The notes below the pieces were generated by a model, which saw only the letters and a program-made list of their open reading frames with translations, searched no databases and was not told where the DNA came from. The translations under genes were made by a program, and so were the position numbers. This document shows positions 1-13,852 of a stretch of DNA of 64,000 nucleotides, piece after piece. Within the stretch, counting starts at the first letter, position 1, and every line of letters starts with the position of its first letter. The stretch comes from Eledone cirrhosa (Eukaryota), in the NCBI GenBank assembly GCA_964016885.1, contig OZ024742.1, positions 294,872,001-294,936,000 of the forward strand. Direction: 5' to 3'.

Positions 1-966
1 TTGATATATCACAGACATCATTCTTTGAGTAGTTAGGAGTTGTAAATGATGTTTGTTCCACTAAAGTTTCTTGTTGGAAAGAATCATCAAGTCTATTGAA
101 ACATTGCTGAGCTTCTTCAATTTCTTCATGGATACTTTTATGTTTGTAAAATATTCCTTTATTTTCTACCATCTTCTGCTTAATTGAATAACTTTCATCA
201 GAATCTGATCTCTCTTCCATCCAAATATTCTTTAATCTTTCATCTTCATTTTTTAAAATATCATCTTGGGGACATTTTTCTTGTTCTGATAGTTTGTCTA
301 ATGGTTGATTTTTACCATTATCTTTGGTAAAAGAATCAGTTTCATTTCCTTCTATAGAATTTTCATGACAAGTTTCTATATTCTCAAATTGTTTACTCTC
401 ATCATTATTATTGTCTATGAACAACTCTGCAGAATCTTGCCTCATCCTTGAATCTAAATTCCTTAATAAATCTCCGTTTGAAGATGTATAGCAGTTTTGG
501 AGAAACCTTTCTGGTATCTTATTAGCAGCTGTATAAAACCTAATGTTGGAGAATAATTCTTCTGCCTGTCTGTAGTTCACAGAGTTATTCTTTGAGGGAG
601 AAATCAATGGTAGACTGTCTTTTATTCTTGGTTCTCCAAGAATTTGTTGCTGACTACAATCATCAATATTTTCAATACTTTCATTGAATATGTCATCTTT
701 TATGCCATTACCAAAAAGACTACTAGATGGGGAGCTACATAAGGAACTGGTTGATTCCTCTACATAGTTTCTTCGGAATGCTGAATTTAATATTTTGTCA
801 TACCTCTGGAAATAGTTCTCTTCACTGACTGAACTGTCATCACTGGAATTTGCAAAATCATCATTAGAATCAGAGATTAATGACAATTTACGATCCTTTG
901 CGGAGTATTTCTCATCAGAACATTTAACTGTAAGTACTTTTGAAGACATTTTTTCAGATGTCCTTT
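1..966 (-). CDS. Large coding exon of an unidentified host gene; acidic Ser/Asn/Glu-rich, likely disordered protein; runs off the window edge
   Basis: Hand translation is stop-free from about 990 to 1 (MSSKVLTVKCSDEKYSAKDRKLSLISDSNDDFANSSDDSSVSEENYFQRYDK...EQTSFTTPNYSKNDVCDIS). In-frame ATG at 949. Candidate phase-1 acceptor (ttttaattttcatactag) ends at 967, and another strong acceptor (ttttatttcag) at 1334. Absent from the ORF track because there is no stop inside the window. Confidence 0.7.
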
Positions 967-1528
967 CTAGTATGAAAATTAAAAATCTTTAGTCTTCTTT
1001 GACAAGTTAATATCCCATAACAAAAGATTACATGAAGATGTGACTTCTTTGCTGGTGCTGTTGTTGTTGTTATTGCTGTTGAAGTACGGGTGTGATTTGA
1101 GAAAGACTGGACAGCAATATCTAGCAGGTCTTGTGAACATGTAAGCTTTTGAGAGATTTAATTGTTGGAATGTTGTTTGAAAACCAAAAAAAACAATGTT
1201 TTCTGCGAAAGACATACAAGTATGTCTTAAACTAAATTATATTTAAGACCTGTGTTGTTATTAAAGATTTTGATTCATTAAACGATAAACATTCCAATAT
1301 CAATAACAAGTCATCATCTTCATCTGTTGTACCCTGAAATAAAATGAAAGTTTATAATCTTTATGTGAACAAATTTATTATGTTAAAGATAAAAGCAAAA
1401 AAAAAAAAAATACAAATAACATAAGTAAAATGCTATAGAATGGACAAGGCTAACCTTTCTGTTGAAAAACATATTTTTGTCAGATAATAATTTCATCTCC
1501 ACAACTTAAGGTATTTTCTATATAGTTG

Positions 1529-1583
<55 letters not shown>

Positions 1584-1584
<1 letters not shown>

Positions 1585-1837
1585 GGATTTGGAACTGCCA
1601 TGAAGTCAAAGTGATCCCGATTGTCATAGGCGCACTGGGGACTATCTCCAAAGGTTTCCAGGGATGGTTAAAGAAAATCGGCCCCTTCACGCTTTTTGGA
1701 ACGCTTCAAAAGGCATGCTTGCTTGGAACAGCAAGAACCCTCCGATACGTCCTGAATATCTGAGGCTGCAGGTAGTGGCTTGATATTCAATCCAACGGAC
1801 TTTCCAGTTAACCAACATCAATGACTGAGATTCAAGG
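1584..1837 (+). mobile_element. 3' fragment of an RLE-type non-LTR retrotransposon (Dong/R4/NeSL-like) between (TAA)n tracts
   Basis: Translates to VKVIPIVIGALGTISK...LQKACLLGTARTLRYVLNI*, the typical RLE-element C-terminus. Flanked by (TAA)n at 1529-1583 and about 1838-1886. Confidence 0.7.
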
Positions 1838-1853
1838 AATAACAATAACAATA

Positions 1854-1886
<33 letters not shown>

Positions 1887-1889
<3 letters not shown>

Positions 1890-2994
1890 TCACATGATTG
1901 GATGATCAAACTCGTTTTGAAACACGAAAGCACCAAAAGATCATATTCCATTACAAAAGATGCACAAAGATACAGTAATGGACTACAAATTTCAGAAGTC
2001 CCATTTACTGCTGAAATGGAAAACACAGAAAAAGCAAAGCAGGTAAAAGTAACTGCAAAGAAAGAACTGCTACAGAAACTGGCTAAGAAATGGCAAGAAA
2101 AGCCTCTGTATGGAAAATACCCAGAGCGAGCTAACAATCCTGATGTTGACAAAACTTTAACCCATCAGTGGTTGGCATCCTCTGGACTGAAATCGGAGAC
2201 TGAAGGACTGATTATATCGGCACAAGATCAGTGTCTGCCAACAAAAATTACCAAGCCAACATAATAAAAAATGGGTGCAGCCCATTATGCCGTGTATGCA
2301 AAAAACAACCAGAGACCATTGACCATATAATTTCAATGTGCAGTCCTATAGCTCCAACCGAATACCTAAACAGGCATGACAGAGCTGCACAATACATACA
2401 TTGGATAATGTGTAAGCATTTTGACCTGCCCCATCAAAAGAATTGGTGGGAGCATCAACCACCTCCCATACTTGAAAAAGATCACATCTCAATCTTGTGG
2501 AACTTTAGCATCCAAACAGACCGAAAAATAGATGCAAATAGACCTGATATAATATTGAAGGACTTTCAAAGGAGGGTATGCCTGCTAATTGATATGTCTG
2601 TTCCAATAGACAAGAATGTATCTATAAAAACATTTGAAAAATTGAGCAAGTATAAGGACCTGGAGATAGAAATTGGAAAAATGTGGAAATTGAGAACTAA
2701 AACAATACCAGTGGTTGTAGGCGCTCTGGGAATGATACCTAAGGGGTCTAACGACTACTTATCGCAAATCCCAGGAAACCCGCGTATAGGAGAAATACAA
2801 AAGATAGTACTAATGGGAACTGCCCATATACTAAGGAAGATCCTGTCAATATAAGTACATCACAAGTCTAAACACTAAGGATGCATGTGTGAATATGTAT
2901 GTTCTTTCTTGAACATGGCGGACCTTGTTGTCTCTTGAGGTCACTGGTTGTGACTTGGTGATAACTCGTATGAACATAAAGCAAGATAAATGCA

Positions 2995-2995
<1 letters not shown>
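1887..2995 (+). mobile_element. 5'-truncated RLE-type non-LTR retrotransposon (Dong/R4-like), frameshifted
   Basis: ORFs 1821-2264 and 2231-2854 overlap at a frameshift. CCHC knuckle CRVCKKQPETIDHIISMC, RHD motif, RLE motif RPDII..D..K..KY, C-terminal IPVVVGALG. Ends in (TAA)n. Confidence 0.85.
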
Positions 2996-3029
<34 letters not shown>

Positions 3030-3870
3030 AATATTGTGTACAGTGCTCAGGTGCACTACAACTCATTAAAAAGTGTATGTGTAGTACATAGGGTAATGTA
3101 CAAACGTCAGGAAAATGAACAGTACATGAGTCATGATATACACATGTGTGCATGTGTATGGAAGGGGTACATCTGCATATTTCAGTACCGTGGCATTCTT
3201 TAAGTTGGCATCTATGTCATTAATATATGCCACAAACAAAAGGGGACCAAGAACAGATCCCTGTGGTACACCAGATGACATCTCATATGGTGAAGAATGC
3301 TGTCCTAGAACCGTGACTACCTCTTTTCGGCTGAGAATGAAGGATTTCAACCAGTTAAAAAGATCATCCCTCACACCCATTGCAGAAAGTTTTGCCATAA
3401 GTATTTTGTGTGGCACAGAATTAAAAGCCTTAGCAAAGTCAAGGTAAACAACATCCAGCCATGAGCCACTGTCAGTGATCTGGGTAATGTCTTCAAGGAA
3501 CTTGATAAGCTGATCACAGCAGCTGGAGTTAGGGATAAATCCAAACTGCGAGGGCCAGATGAGGCTGTGAGAGCTCCAGAAGTTCCAAAGTGTTTCTCTG
3601 ACACAGGATTCCATCAGTTTGGCAATACAGCTAGTAAGACTGACTGGACGATAGTTGACAGGTGGCCTGCGGGCACCCTTTTTGAACAGGGGAATGACAC
3701 TGGCAGTTTTCCACTGCTCCGGAGTAGCACCATTGTTGAGACAGTATTGAAAGAAGAAAGAAAGCTGGTGCAAAAGGAAGTACCCGCCACGTTTGAGAAG
3801 CAGGTATGTAACACCATCAAGACCAGAGTAGGCATAGTTGCGCTTATAGTTGCGCTTATTCTTGTAGTTA
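3030..3870 (-). mobile_element. CR1/L2-clade LINE fragment (RT domain fused to the 3' UTR by internal deletion)
   Basis: ORF 3066-3773 has NYRPVSLT, QFGF, YLDFAKAF, SGVPQGSVLGPLLF and KYAD. The 3' end (gagttgtagtgcacctgagcactgtacacaata plus (ATT)n) recurs at about 18110, 20240 and 29850. Confidence 0.85.
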
Positions 3871-4345
3871 GAGAATGTGTCTATTGCTGGTAATCTTCAT
3901 TGTTTCAATACAAACATTACCAGTTTCAGAAGGAGGACATTTTAAAACTGGTTTAAAAAGCCTACCAAAGCTGTAGGTGTAATTTATTTTCAAGGATCCA
4001 TCAACCATAAATATCATCTTCCAATTCATGGAGGCAATGAAAACAGAAGTATAAGACATTTTGATACCAAATCAGTTTTGATATAAAAAAACACTTCCAT
4101 CATAATTTTATGTAACTTTGTTAACTTACGTTCCAAATACAAATTTAATAATGAAATAATTAGTTATATGTTATTAAATTCCTCCAAATTCTTGATTATT
4201 TCAAAAATCATTTGAAATACATAGGCAGTGTATTTTTATTAGAAACATGGTAATGAAAAAGTTAAACTGGTTTTTAAAAGACTACCAATGGTAGAGGTGC
4301 ATTATATTGTCTAAGATCCACTAAACATTAATATGATCATCTAAT

Positions 4346-4511
4346 CCAAGCATGGGCAACCTTTATCAAGCCATTGGCCACATAGGATATGGCTCATCAT
4401 CAGGCGGGCTGCACTACTAAACAATTCAAGGCAATTTTGAAATTAGGTGTGCCATTCAGAAAGCCAAACAGGCCGCAAGCAGCTCATGGGCCGCAGTTTG
4501 CCCATGACTGG
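4346..4511. mobile_element. hAT-like MITE fragment
   Basis: Inverted termini caagcatgggcaa.. / ..ttgcccatgactg; the right terminus is repeated at about 4682-4700. Confidence 0.45.
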
Positions 4512-4929
4512 TTTATAGTATAAGCTAGCCTAGCTATGATTAATTAGCAGTAGGACTAACATAGCTAAATAGATGTGTCTATGAAAGTACACACAATATG
4601 TTTATGCATAATAAATATACATAAGTCTCACTATGAATGATTTAAACTGTGATCTTGTTTTAGCCACATGTGGTTCACTGACCGCAGTTTGCCCATGACT
4701 AATTTAATTCATGCTGGCTACAAAAAGATTTCACAACTGAAACATTTGCCCCCAGCTACTGCTAATGTAGTTGCTGGAGGTAAGGCATATTGGTGTTGCT
4801 AATAATTATCATTATCCTACCTAATGTCCTTTTTTCTACACATAAAAGGAAGAGAGGTGTTGATGCAGTAATTGGATATTAATCAAGTATATATCAAGTA
4901 TAGCAGTATTGTGATGATGTTAGTCCTCT

Positions 4930-5540
4930 AGCCCTTTAGCATTTACATTACTTGGCATTAGCAAGGGCATCCAGCCATAGAAACCAAGCTAGAAACAGTT
5001 CTGTATGAACAAGACACGATCACCTGATCCAACTTGCCTCTAAATGGGATAACCCGCCTAACCCATGCCAGCGTGGAAAATGGACGTTAAACGATGATGA
5101 TAATGATGATACTCTATATTTACTACCATATGTTCATGGTAAAGGTTTTACCTCACAAAATTATCTCCCATAATATCGAATTTACCAAGATTTTGATGTT
5201 ATTTATTTTGAGAACAATACCTTAATGTTAGTATGAGCGGCCAGTTTCAGCCAGTTTGAACAGAAAGAGGTGAGGGAATTCTAGCCGGATACGGTCAGTT
5301 TAACCCTTTAGCATTTAAACCGGCCGTATCCAGCCAGAATCCTCTCACTTCTTTCTGTTCAAACCAGCTATAACTGACCACTCATACTTACGTTAAGGTA
5401 TTGTTCTCAAAATAAATAATATCAAAATCTCATAGACTCAATATTATGTGAGATATTTATGTAAGATAAAGCCTTTACCACAAAAATACAATAGTAAATA
5501 TAGAGTAATGTAAATTCTAAAGGATTAAATGCTAAAGAGC
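4930..5540. mobile_element. Two adjacent inverted copies of a TTAA-flanked (piggyBac-like) MITE, one interrupted by an RTE-tail fragment
   Basis: About 5110-5300 and 5310-5515 are reverse complements. Termini ttaaccctttagcattt / aaaggattaa. Another copy lies at about 58135-58345. Confidence 0.55.
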
Positions 5541-5734
5541 TAGACATGATTAGGATTCTTTGTTGATTTGATTGTCCTGTTTTAGCATGACATTTTATAA
5601 TTGAATGCCTTTTCTATTCCCAACTAGTTTACAATATAAACTGGATTCATTTTATTGGGCAACCAACACTTGAGCAGTTGTCTGTCAGGTTTTATTCAGT
5701 TTTTTTCTCATTATTAAGTTGGTGTTTGAGAGCA

Positions 5735-5945
5735 ATGGATTGGCAGTAATGATAGAGCGTCAGACACCATGATTACAGCATAAAGTTGTGGCCCTTTACG
5801 TTCTGAGTTCAAATCCTGCTGAGGTTATCTTTGCTTTTCATCCTTACAAGTTTGATAAAACAAAGCACCAGTAATGCACTGGGGTCGATTTAATCGACTT
5901 TTCCCTCTCCCTAAATTGCTGACCTTATGCCTATAGGAGAAATCC
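5735..5945 (+). mobile_element. tRNA-derived SINE family B (central gcctttcatccttacggggtcgataaaataaagtaccag domain, Meta/MESC-like)
   Basis: B-box gagttcaaatcc plus the conserved central domain. Further copies at about 6000-6115(-), 10110-10210(+), 15018-15095(-), 17660-17845(-), 17870-18080(-), 18637-18845(+), 27770-27930(+), 28900-29020(-), 30150-30360(+), 34030-34445(+) and 58445-58590(+). Confidence 0.7.
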
Positions 5946-6469
5946 TTATTAAGTTGATGTTTGGAATCTAATTTAATAAAGATACTTACATAAAATTATA
6001 ATTGTTTCTACTTTTGGCACTAGGCCAGCAATTATCACAGTATATTACTGGTACTTTATTTTATCGACCCCATAAGAATAAAAGGCAAAGTTAACCTCGG
6101 CGGGATTTGAATTCAAAATTATAATAGAAAGTATTTGATAAATATAAACACTTTTAAATCCTAGAATCAGGCAATTTGAATCAAAATAGTTAATGTTTCT
6201 TTTTCAAAGCCTCCGTTAAGTGGAAGATTGTATTTATGTTTGGTAGATTCTTGAAAATAAATTGCAGTATCTCTAGAAAATATTTGACATAGTCAGGGAT
6301 GGACTACTTCACCCACATGAACTAATTGATGTATACCTTTTTTATATATCATTTAAACTTGTTGGTGATTTGAACTAGTGTTTATGGAGCTATATTATTG
6401 AGAAACATAATCGATATATATTTTATATGTATCAATTAAACCTAAATATAGCATATATATATATATATA

Positions 6470-7847
6470 TCATCATCATCATCATTTTACGTTCGCTTTT
6501 CCCTGCTTGCAAGGGTGGGACGGGTCTTATTCAGCACAGCATCTCTCCACTTGTCACGGTCCTTCGTCATCTCCACTGTGAGCTTCAGCGATCTGAGGTC
6601 TGTTCTCACCACCTCCGCCCATGTTTTTCGTGGTCTACCTCTACCACATCTTCTTTCAACTGGCATTTCCTGGCACTTCTTCACCCATCGGTCATCCTCC
6701 ATGCACATCACATGTCCATACCACCTCAGTCTCCTCTCCCGTACACTACATTCTATCCCTCTCAGACACAGTTTCTCTCTCAACACATTTATGCTGGGTC
6801 GTTCACGCACATTGACATTGCACATCTAACGGAGCATGTTTGCCTCATTTCTCTCCAGCCATCGCATATCCTCTGCAGTTGCTGCCCATGTCTCACTACC
6901 ATGCAGCATCGCGCTCTTCACACAGGTATCATATTACTGGCCTTTTGTACGCAGGGAGAAACCTTTCTTCATCAGCAGAGGAAGCAGCTCCCTAAACTTC
7001 TTCCAACCCATCCTTATTCTAGATACTATGGCCTCAGAACACCCCCTCCCATGCTAATCTGCTAATCTGATCTCCTAGGTACTGGAAGCTATCCACCACT
7101 TCTATAGCACCCGCCTGCATTTGAAAAATGTGTCTATCAATGTGACTTCTACTGTCTAATTTCCCTGTACATCTACTGCATACGTATTTCTCCCTACCTG
7201 TTAGGTTGCCTGTTAGTTTTGTCCTCTTTTCTACTCATCAACATTTTTGTCTTAGCTAGGTTCACCCTCAGTCCTCTTGCTTCCAACTGCTGTTTCTATA
7301 GCCAGAATTTATTCTCTAGCTCCTCTACTGATTCTGCTATAAGAACCAGATCGTCAGCATAGAGAAGTTCCCATGGACAGCCAGTCTTAAACTCCTCTGT
7401 TATGGCTTGGAGGACTATAATGAACAAGAGCGGGCTGAGGACCAAACCTTGATGTACTCCTACTTGTATCTGGAATTCCTCACTAAACTCCATTCCTACC
7501 CTGACTTTACTGACAGTACCTCTGTACAAAGTTTGCACTGTCCTCACAAGCCATTCCTCAACACCTAGTTTCCTTAGGGACCACCAGATGACAGATCGGA
7601 GTACCCTATCAAAGGCCTTCTCTAGGTCAACAAAGGCTAAGTATAGTGGCTTATTTTTCTCTAAGAACCTCTCTTGTAATTGTCTTACGAAGAAGAGGGC
7701 ATCTGTTGTACTCTTCCCAGGCACAAAACCAAACTGCATCTCATCTAGTTTGACCCTTTCTCTAATTAGTTGTGCTAATATCCTTTCTGTCACTTTCATA
7801 ACCTGATCCATCAGTTTTATACCCCTATAATTGCTCCTCTCCAGAGC
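6470..7847 (-). mobile_element. 5'-truncated RTE-clade LINE (family A), decayed
   Basis: ORF 7296-7811 has QFGFVPGKSTTDA, FVDLEKAFD, GVHQG and LLYADD. C-terminus RRLRWYGHV..RGRPRKTW. (GAT)n tail at 6470-6486. Confidence 0.9.
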
Positions 7848-7859
7848 ATATATATATAT

Positions 7860-10800
7860 ATTAGGATAGAACCAGTTTCAAACTAGTGAGACTATTACTC
7901 AACAGAATACTTGATACAAGAGCTAGTTGAGTATAGGTATATTATAAGGAGGTGGGGCCCAACAACTAGTTCCAAACAGTCTGGAACTAGCTATTGAAAT
8001 GGCAAGAGCTCAGTTGTCAGGCCCTGACAATTCATTTACCAATAGAGTGAGATGGAGGACATTCCATTATGACAGGAACCGAACTGATAAAAACAAAGAT
8101 GCAACCAATTTCGACTCATATGGCTTTAAAACTTTTAAAAGCCCACCTCACAACACTTTATTAAACTCTTTTTAAAATGATTTAATAAAACTAGTTAAAA
8201 ACATTAGGTATAGAAAACATTTTAATAGAAACAACACCTTCTTAAATAACCTTAACTCCACTATTAAAAGATTTAATAAAAATAAGAAAATTCTAGTACA
8301 TGCTGATAAAACTAATAATATATATAACCTAGATTATGAAACTTATAGAAAATGTATATATAACGAACTACATAGGAGCTATAAGAAAACCACTATTAGA
8401 AACCTAGACGATATAAATAGTGAGGGCCATAGTATAGTCTGTAAATTAGGACTTCAGAGATATACACAACCATACACCCCTAACTCCCCTAGATTCTCTG
8501 TGAAGGACCATAAGGAAGACTTTAATAGTAACCCCTCTATAATCTGTCATTGGAGTTATTAGCAAAAAAATATTAGACAGAATCATCCCCCAATTTAGGC
8601 AAAAAATCTATCTTAACCTATGGGGAAATACTGGTGAAGTTATTGAATGGTTCAATAATATTAATGAGAATAAAAATAAAAAATTTATCCAATTTGATAT
8701 TAATTTGTACTACACCTCTATTTCTCCTATCCTATTAAACAAGGCATTAATAATGGCTATGAATAATAGTGACCTTACTAGATCCCAAATTGATGTCATC
8801 CTTGCGGCCTATAAAACCATAATTGTATTTGAAGATTAATTATGGACCCGCAAGGATACACCTAACAACTTTGACATAACTATGGGATCTAGTGACTCGG
8901 CACAGGTTACAGATTGGGTGGTCTATATCTTTTAAATAAAATTCATAAGAATTGACCCTACCTCAATGGTGGTTTATACTGTGACGATGCACTACTACTT
9001 ATTGATTATAAAAAATTTAATATAGAAAGAACTAGAAAACAATTGCATAAACTATTTAAAAACTTCAACTTAAGTATTACCCTAGATAGAAACGCTAAAA
9101 ACTTCCTTGATGCCTGGACGCTAAAATATATACACCCTTTCATAAACCAAATGAAAAACTACTTTATGTAGATACCAACTCTAACCACCCTAAATCTATA
9201 TTAAATTCGATTACTAAAGGAGTATCTAATAGAATAACCACTCTATTTTATAATGAAACTATATTTAACCGAAATTCCCAATACTATAATGAAGCTTTAG
9301 CTCGCTCAGGCCATAAAGATAAAATTAAATTTTTACCTAAAAAAATCATCTAGTTATAACATTATTTCACACAATATGGCCATAAATAAAATTAAAAGTA
9401 ATAAAAGTACTAACCACTCTAACTCAAGTATTACGGGTAATAACAAATTTAACTTGCACCAAAATAAACATCCTAATAATAATAATAAAAATATAAATAA
9501 AAATAAAAACAATACTACAACTAACCTTATAAAATAATCACAAAAATAGAAGAAGAACTAATACATTTTTCAATCCCCCTTTCAATTTAAACATTTCCAC
9601 CAACTTGCCTAAGGCTTTCTTCTCAATTTTAGAAAAAAACTTCTCAGTCGGTCATAGATACCATAATCTTATCAATAAAAATACTATTAAAATCTCTTAC
9701 TCTACCACACCTAACATTACAAACCATATAGCTAGTAGTAATAAAAGGAAGATTAATAATTATTTCCAAATGATTAAATATCAACATGGAGAGAACTTGC
9801 ATAACAACATAGTACCGGAGAATTATAGTAACAATAATAATAATAGTAATAGCACTAATGAAATTAATAGCAATAGGAATAATAATCGTCATTATCCTAA
9901 TACTCTTCCTAACAACCATGCATCTATTAACCAGCAAGTAAACAACCAAAATAACTGTAATTGTAGAACAAATAGAACTTGCCCCCTGAGAAAAAAACTG
10001 CTTAATCAAAGACATTATTTACTCCTGTACGTTAACTTTGTTAACTTTCAAAAATCACAATCTAGCTAACTCCACTTCTTTATCTACCTTCATACACTCT
10101 TTGAAAACTAGGTTAACTTTGCCTTTCATCCTTACGGAGTCGATAAAATAAAGTACCAGTAATGCACTGGGATAATTGCTGGTCTTGTGCCAAAAGTAGA
10201 AACAATTATTTACTCCTGTACGGTCAATACAAGTAACACTTGGTTCTACCTTGAACTGCTTTAAGACGAGATATAACTTGCATCTTCACACTTTCAAAAA
10301 TCACAATCTAGCCAACTCCACTTCTTTATCTACCTACATACACTCTTTGAAAACTAGGAATAGACCATATACACTACAATGGGAAGTAATAGATTGGGCC
10401 ACTTCTTATAAACCACCAAATAGATTCTGTAACCTCTATCTTTTAGAGTCTCGCACTATAATCTATTCTAAGCTAGACCTTTTAAATAGAAAATCAGAAA
10501 TTTTTTTCCACATGCCAACACTACCACCAACACTACCACCAACACTCTTTCCACAATTTCAAACCTAGCTGTTAATATATAACAATGTCAGATCTAGATT
10601 CCTCACCACCGTCAACTCGTTACCTCTAGGTTTTATCAGCATAAGATATCCCCACATCATCACTTTTTGTATCAACTCATTCCTTCATTTATCTCAGATC
10701 CTATACTCAATAATAACTATAGAGAATAAACATACATTTACCACCACTTAATATAATATCTTCCTTACTAATATTTTACTCATTTAATTAAGTAAGTAGT

Positions 10801-12089
10801 GGACAATTGGGAACTTTAAATATTACATAAAAAACAGATTACATATAAAATAAATATAAAAATAAATAGCATTATATAAGGATTCACTTATAATATAATA
10901 TAATGTATATTAACACATTATTTAATTAATAGGATATATAAATAACTAACACTAGATTATATATTTTTCTGTTATACATAAATAAATCTTCAATTACCTC
11001 CCCTTTCCCATTAGCTCCCTTTAGTGAAGATCTATCACTTCTTTGAATATAAACCATTAGACATAACCACACCAGATAGAAAAAATAACATCTGACTATA
11101 TAAAAGAGATCTCTTCAGAACAACTCTAACCCTTAATCGGATTATAATAAGGGCCATATACAATCCATAATTGTATCTATTTAAATATTATTTTTAAATA
11201 TTTCTTAAATATAACCAATGATATGGCAAAAGAAACCTCAATATTAATACTCACAACACATATACATTTAAACATTACTAGAACAATTATCACTTTTCAT
11301 CCACCATAAACTAGCATAGAAACTGTTTTAAATATAATTATCTCGTTACATATACATATCTTAATACTACATAACATTTTTCATACTACACAACAGCTTT
11401 ACCTCTACTTGAAGTGTTTATTTAATTATTTATCTGATCCACTCTCAACGCATGCATCAACGAAACTTTGTATATGTATTTTACACTAGTTGCTTCACAA
11501 TTTTCACCTTATATTCTACCCATGCATTCATGACTGCTTAATATCTTCAACCAATTACACCTATATTTTGTGATATCTTTGCCATATTATGCTGTATATT
11601 CTTAATACCTTTACTTTCTTTACCATATTATTCTGTATATGCTTAATACCTCTGCATTCTTACTGTCTATATGCTTATGTACCATTAATGTCATCATTTG
11701 CGAGTAACATTCTTTTATACGTTTTATTATACCCATTGCTTCAGACCACAACATCTTCACTCTCTTTGAATATGACACTATTGATAGCAACAATAATATC
11801 AACGTATCTTTATGATTGTTCTGTTGAATATGAATTTAATTATGTGTTTAAACTTTGCCAATGCTCCAATGATTCCAAACTGCTGTTTGGAAGAAACGAT
11901 AGTCAGCAATAAAATGTATTAAACATAGATTTGATTGTTCTGTACTTTATATTCCTGCTCTGTAATACGCCTGATGTATTTACATTGAGCTATTTTACAT
12001 ACTGGTAATAAGGTGGTAAAAAATAAAAAATACTGACCTTTCCTATTTATAATTATATATAGTTTATATATAAGTATAAATAATAATGT

Positions 12090-12090
<1 letters not shown>
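7860..12090 (+). mobile_element. Decayed Penelope-like element (Neptune-type RT plus Cys linker plus GIY-YIG) with a 3' pLTR, inserted in (TA)n
   Basis: Frameshifted motifs: FIQFDI..YTSI (~8685), FDITMGSSDSA (~8875), GLYCDDAL (~8975), SNHP (~9180), FNPPF..STN and KISYS..PN (9570-9715), NCNCRTNRTCPL, FKTRYNLH..ST.LS.YI..LK..CNL...E..LLN (10260-10500). HHR remnant at 11862. Confidence 0.85.
11862..11908 (+). ncRNA. Degenerate type I hammerhead ribozyme in the Penelope pLTR
   Basis: tgct-CCAATGA-ttccaaac(tgct)gtttggaa-GAAA-c(gata)g-TC-agca. Perfect 8-bp stem II, but the core CUGAUGA is mutated to CCAAUGA. Confidence 0.65.
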
Positions 12091-12165
<75 letters not shown>

Positions 12166-12169
<4 letters not shown>

Positions 12170-12256
12170 GAAATGACTTCTACAGGAATAGCAGTGTTTC
12201 ATTTGTATTTGTATGAAATCATCAGAAAGTTCTAGTCTGGTAGAAATCATTTCTAT
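12166..12256 (-). ncRNA. HHR-derived hairpin lacking a cleavage site
   Basis: Long outer stem atagaaatgatttctac/gtagaagtcatttctat encloses CTGATGA...GAAAC. No stem III 3' strand or NUH followed by stem I. Confidence 0.4.
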
Positions 12257-12269
12257 ATAAAATTAAAAA

Positions 12270-12355
12270 AATGTTTATACTCTACCAATGTATTGAGCAC
12301 CCTTTTTAACTGTGGTTAAAAAGGGTGCTCAATACATTGGTAGAGTATAAACATT
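12270..12355. repeat. Perfect 41-bp-arm palindrome with a 4-nt loop
   Basis: 12270-12310 is the exact reverse complement of 12315-12355. Confidence 0.9.
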
Positions 12356-12396
12356 ACCCCTCGACACAACTCGGGAATCTGCATATATATATATAT

Positions 12397-13116
12397 ATCA
12401 AAGGCATATATTGAGTTAGAAACTCAAAATAGTCTCTTACAATAAATTAACTCTAGGAAAGAGGTTTTTTCTACCCGTATAATATAACTGAACAAAAAAG
12501 AAAAATGAACACAGACATATACATATATGTGTTCGAATCGTAAGAGACCAGATTCGCTAAGGTGAAGAGGATACTAACTATAGACAATAGGGTTTGCCAG
12601 ACTCAATTTAAGAATAAATCAAGAAAATAAATACAAACCAGAATTGTGGTAACTACCAATCACCCGGACAGTTTTGATAATACTGTTTCGCAATATTAAT
12701 TGTGAAGAGGAATACCAAATCCTTGCTCATCAGTGGGTGAAGAATTATTAGTATCCTGGTCACTTCTAAGTATATTAAAAAACTGGATAGTGTGCGTATA
12801 TATAACAACGCACATGGTATCAGAACTTAGCGTGTCTCACAGACTCACACCACTAAAAATAGCAGCCGGATTTACTCGACGAATTAACGGAGCCAAATAT
12901 ATCAAAGGCATATATTGAGTTAGAAACTCAATATAGTTACCACAATTGGTAGTTACCACAATTCTGGTTTGTATTTATTTTCTTGATTTATTCTTAAATT
13001 GAGGTCTGGCAAACCCTATTATCTATAGTTAGTATCCTCTTCACCTTAGCGAATCTAGTCCTTTACGATTTGAACACGTATATGTCTGTGTTCATTTTTC
13101 TTTTTTGTTAAGTTTT
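12397..13116 (-). mobile_element. Non-coding HHR element: 504-nt unit plus ~35-nt terminal direct repeat plus inverted partial copy, in (TA)n
   Basis: atcaaaggcatatattgagttagaaactcaa occurs at 12397 and 12901. About 12945-13116 is the reverse complement of about 12482-12660. Contains the HHR at 12660-12740. Confidence 0.7.
12660..12740 (-). ncRNA. Type I hammerhead ribozyme, intact core
   Basis: Minus strand: tcaccca-CTGATGA-gcaa(29 nt)ttgc-GAAA-cagt(attatcaaa)actg-TC-cgggtga. All three stems form, with one A-C mismatch next to the cleavage site. Confidence 0.8.
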
Positions 13117-13139
13117 ATATATATATATATATATATAGT

Positions 13140-13852
<713 letters not shown>

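Noticed and set aside
979-1333. Continuous coding region rescued by A-to-I editing of stop codons
   Set aside because: At least four in-frame stops, including TAA, would need editing, and there is no evidence for it from the DNA.
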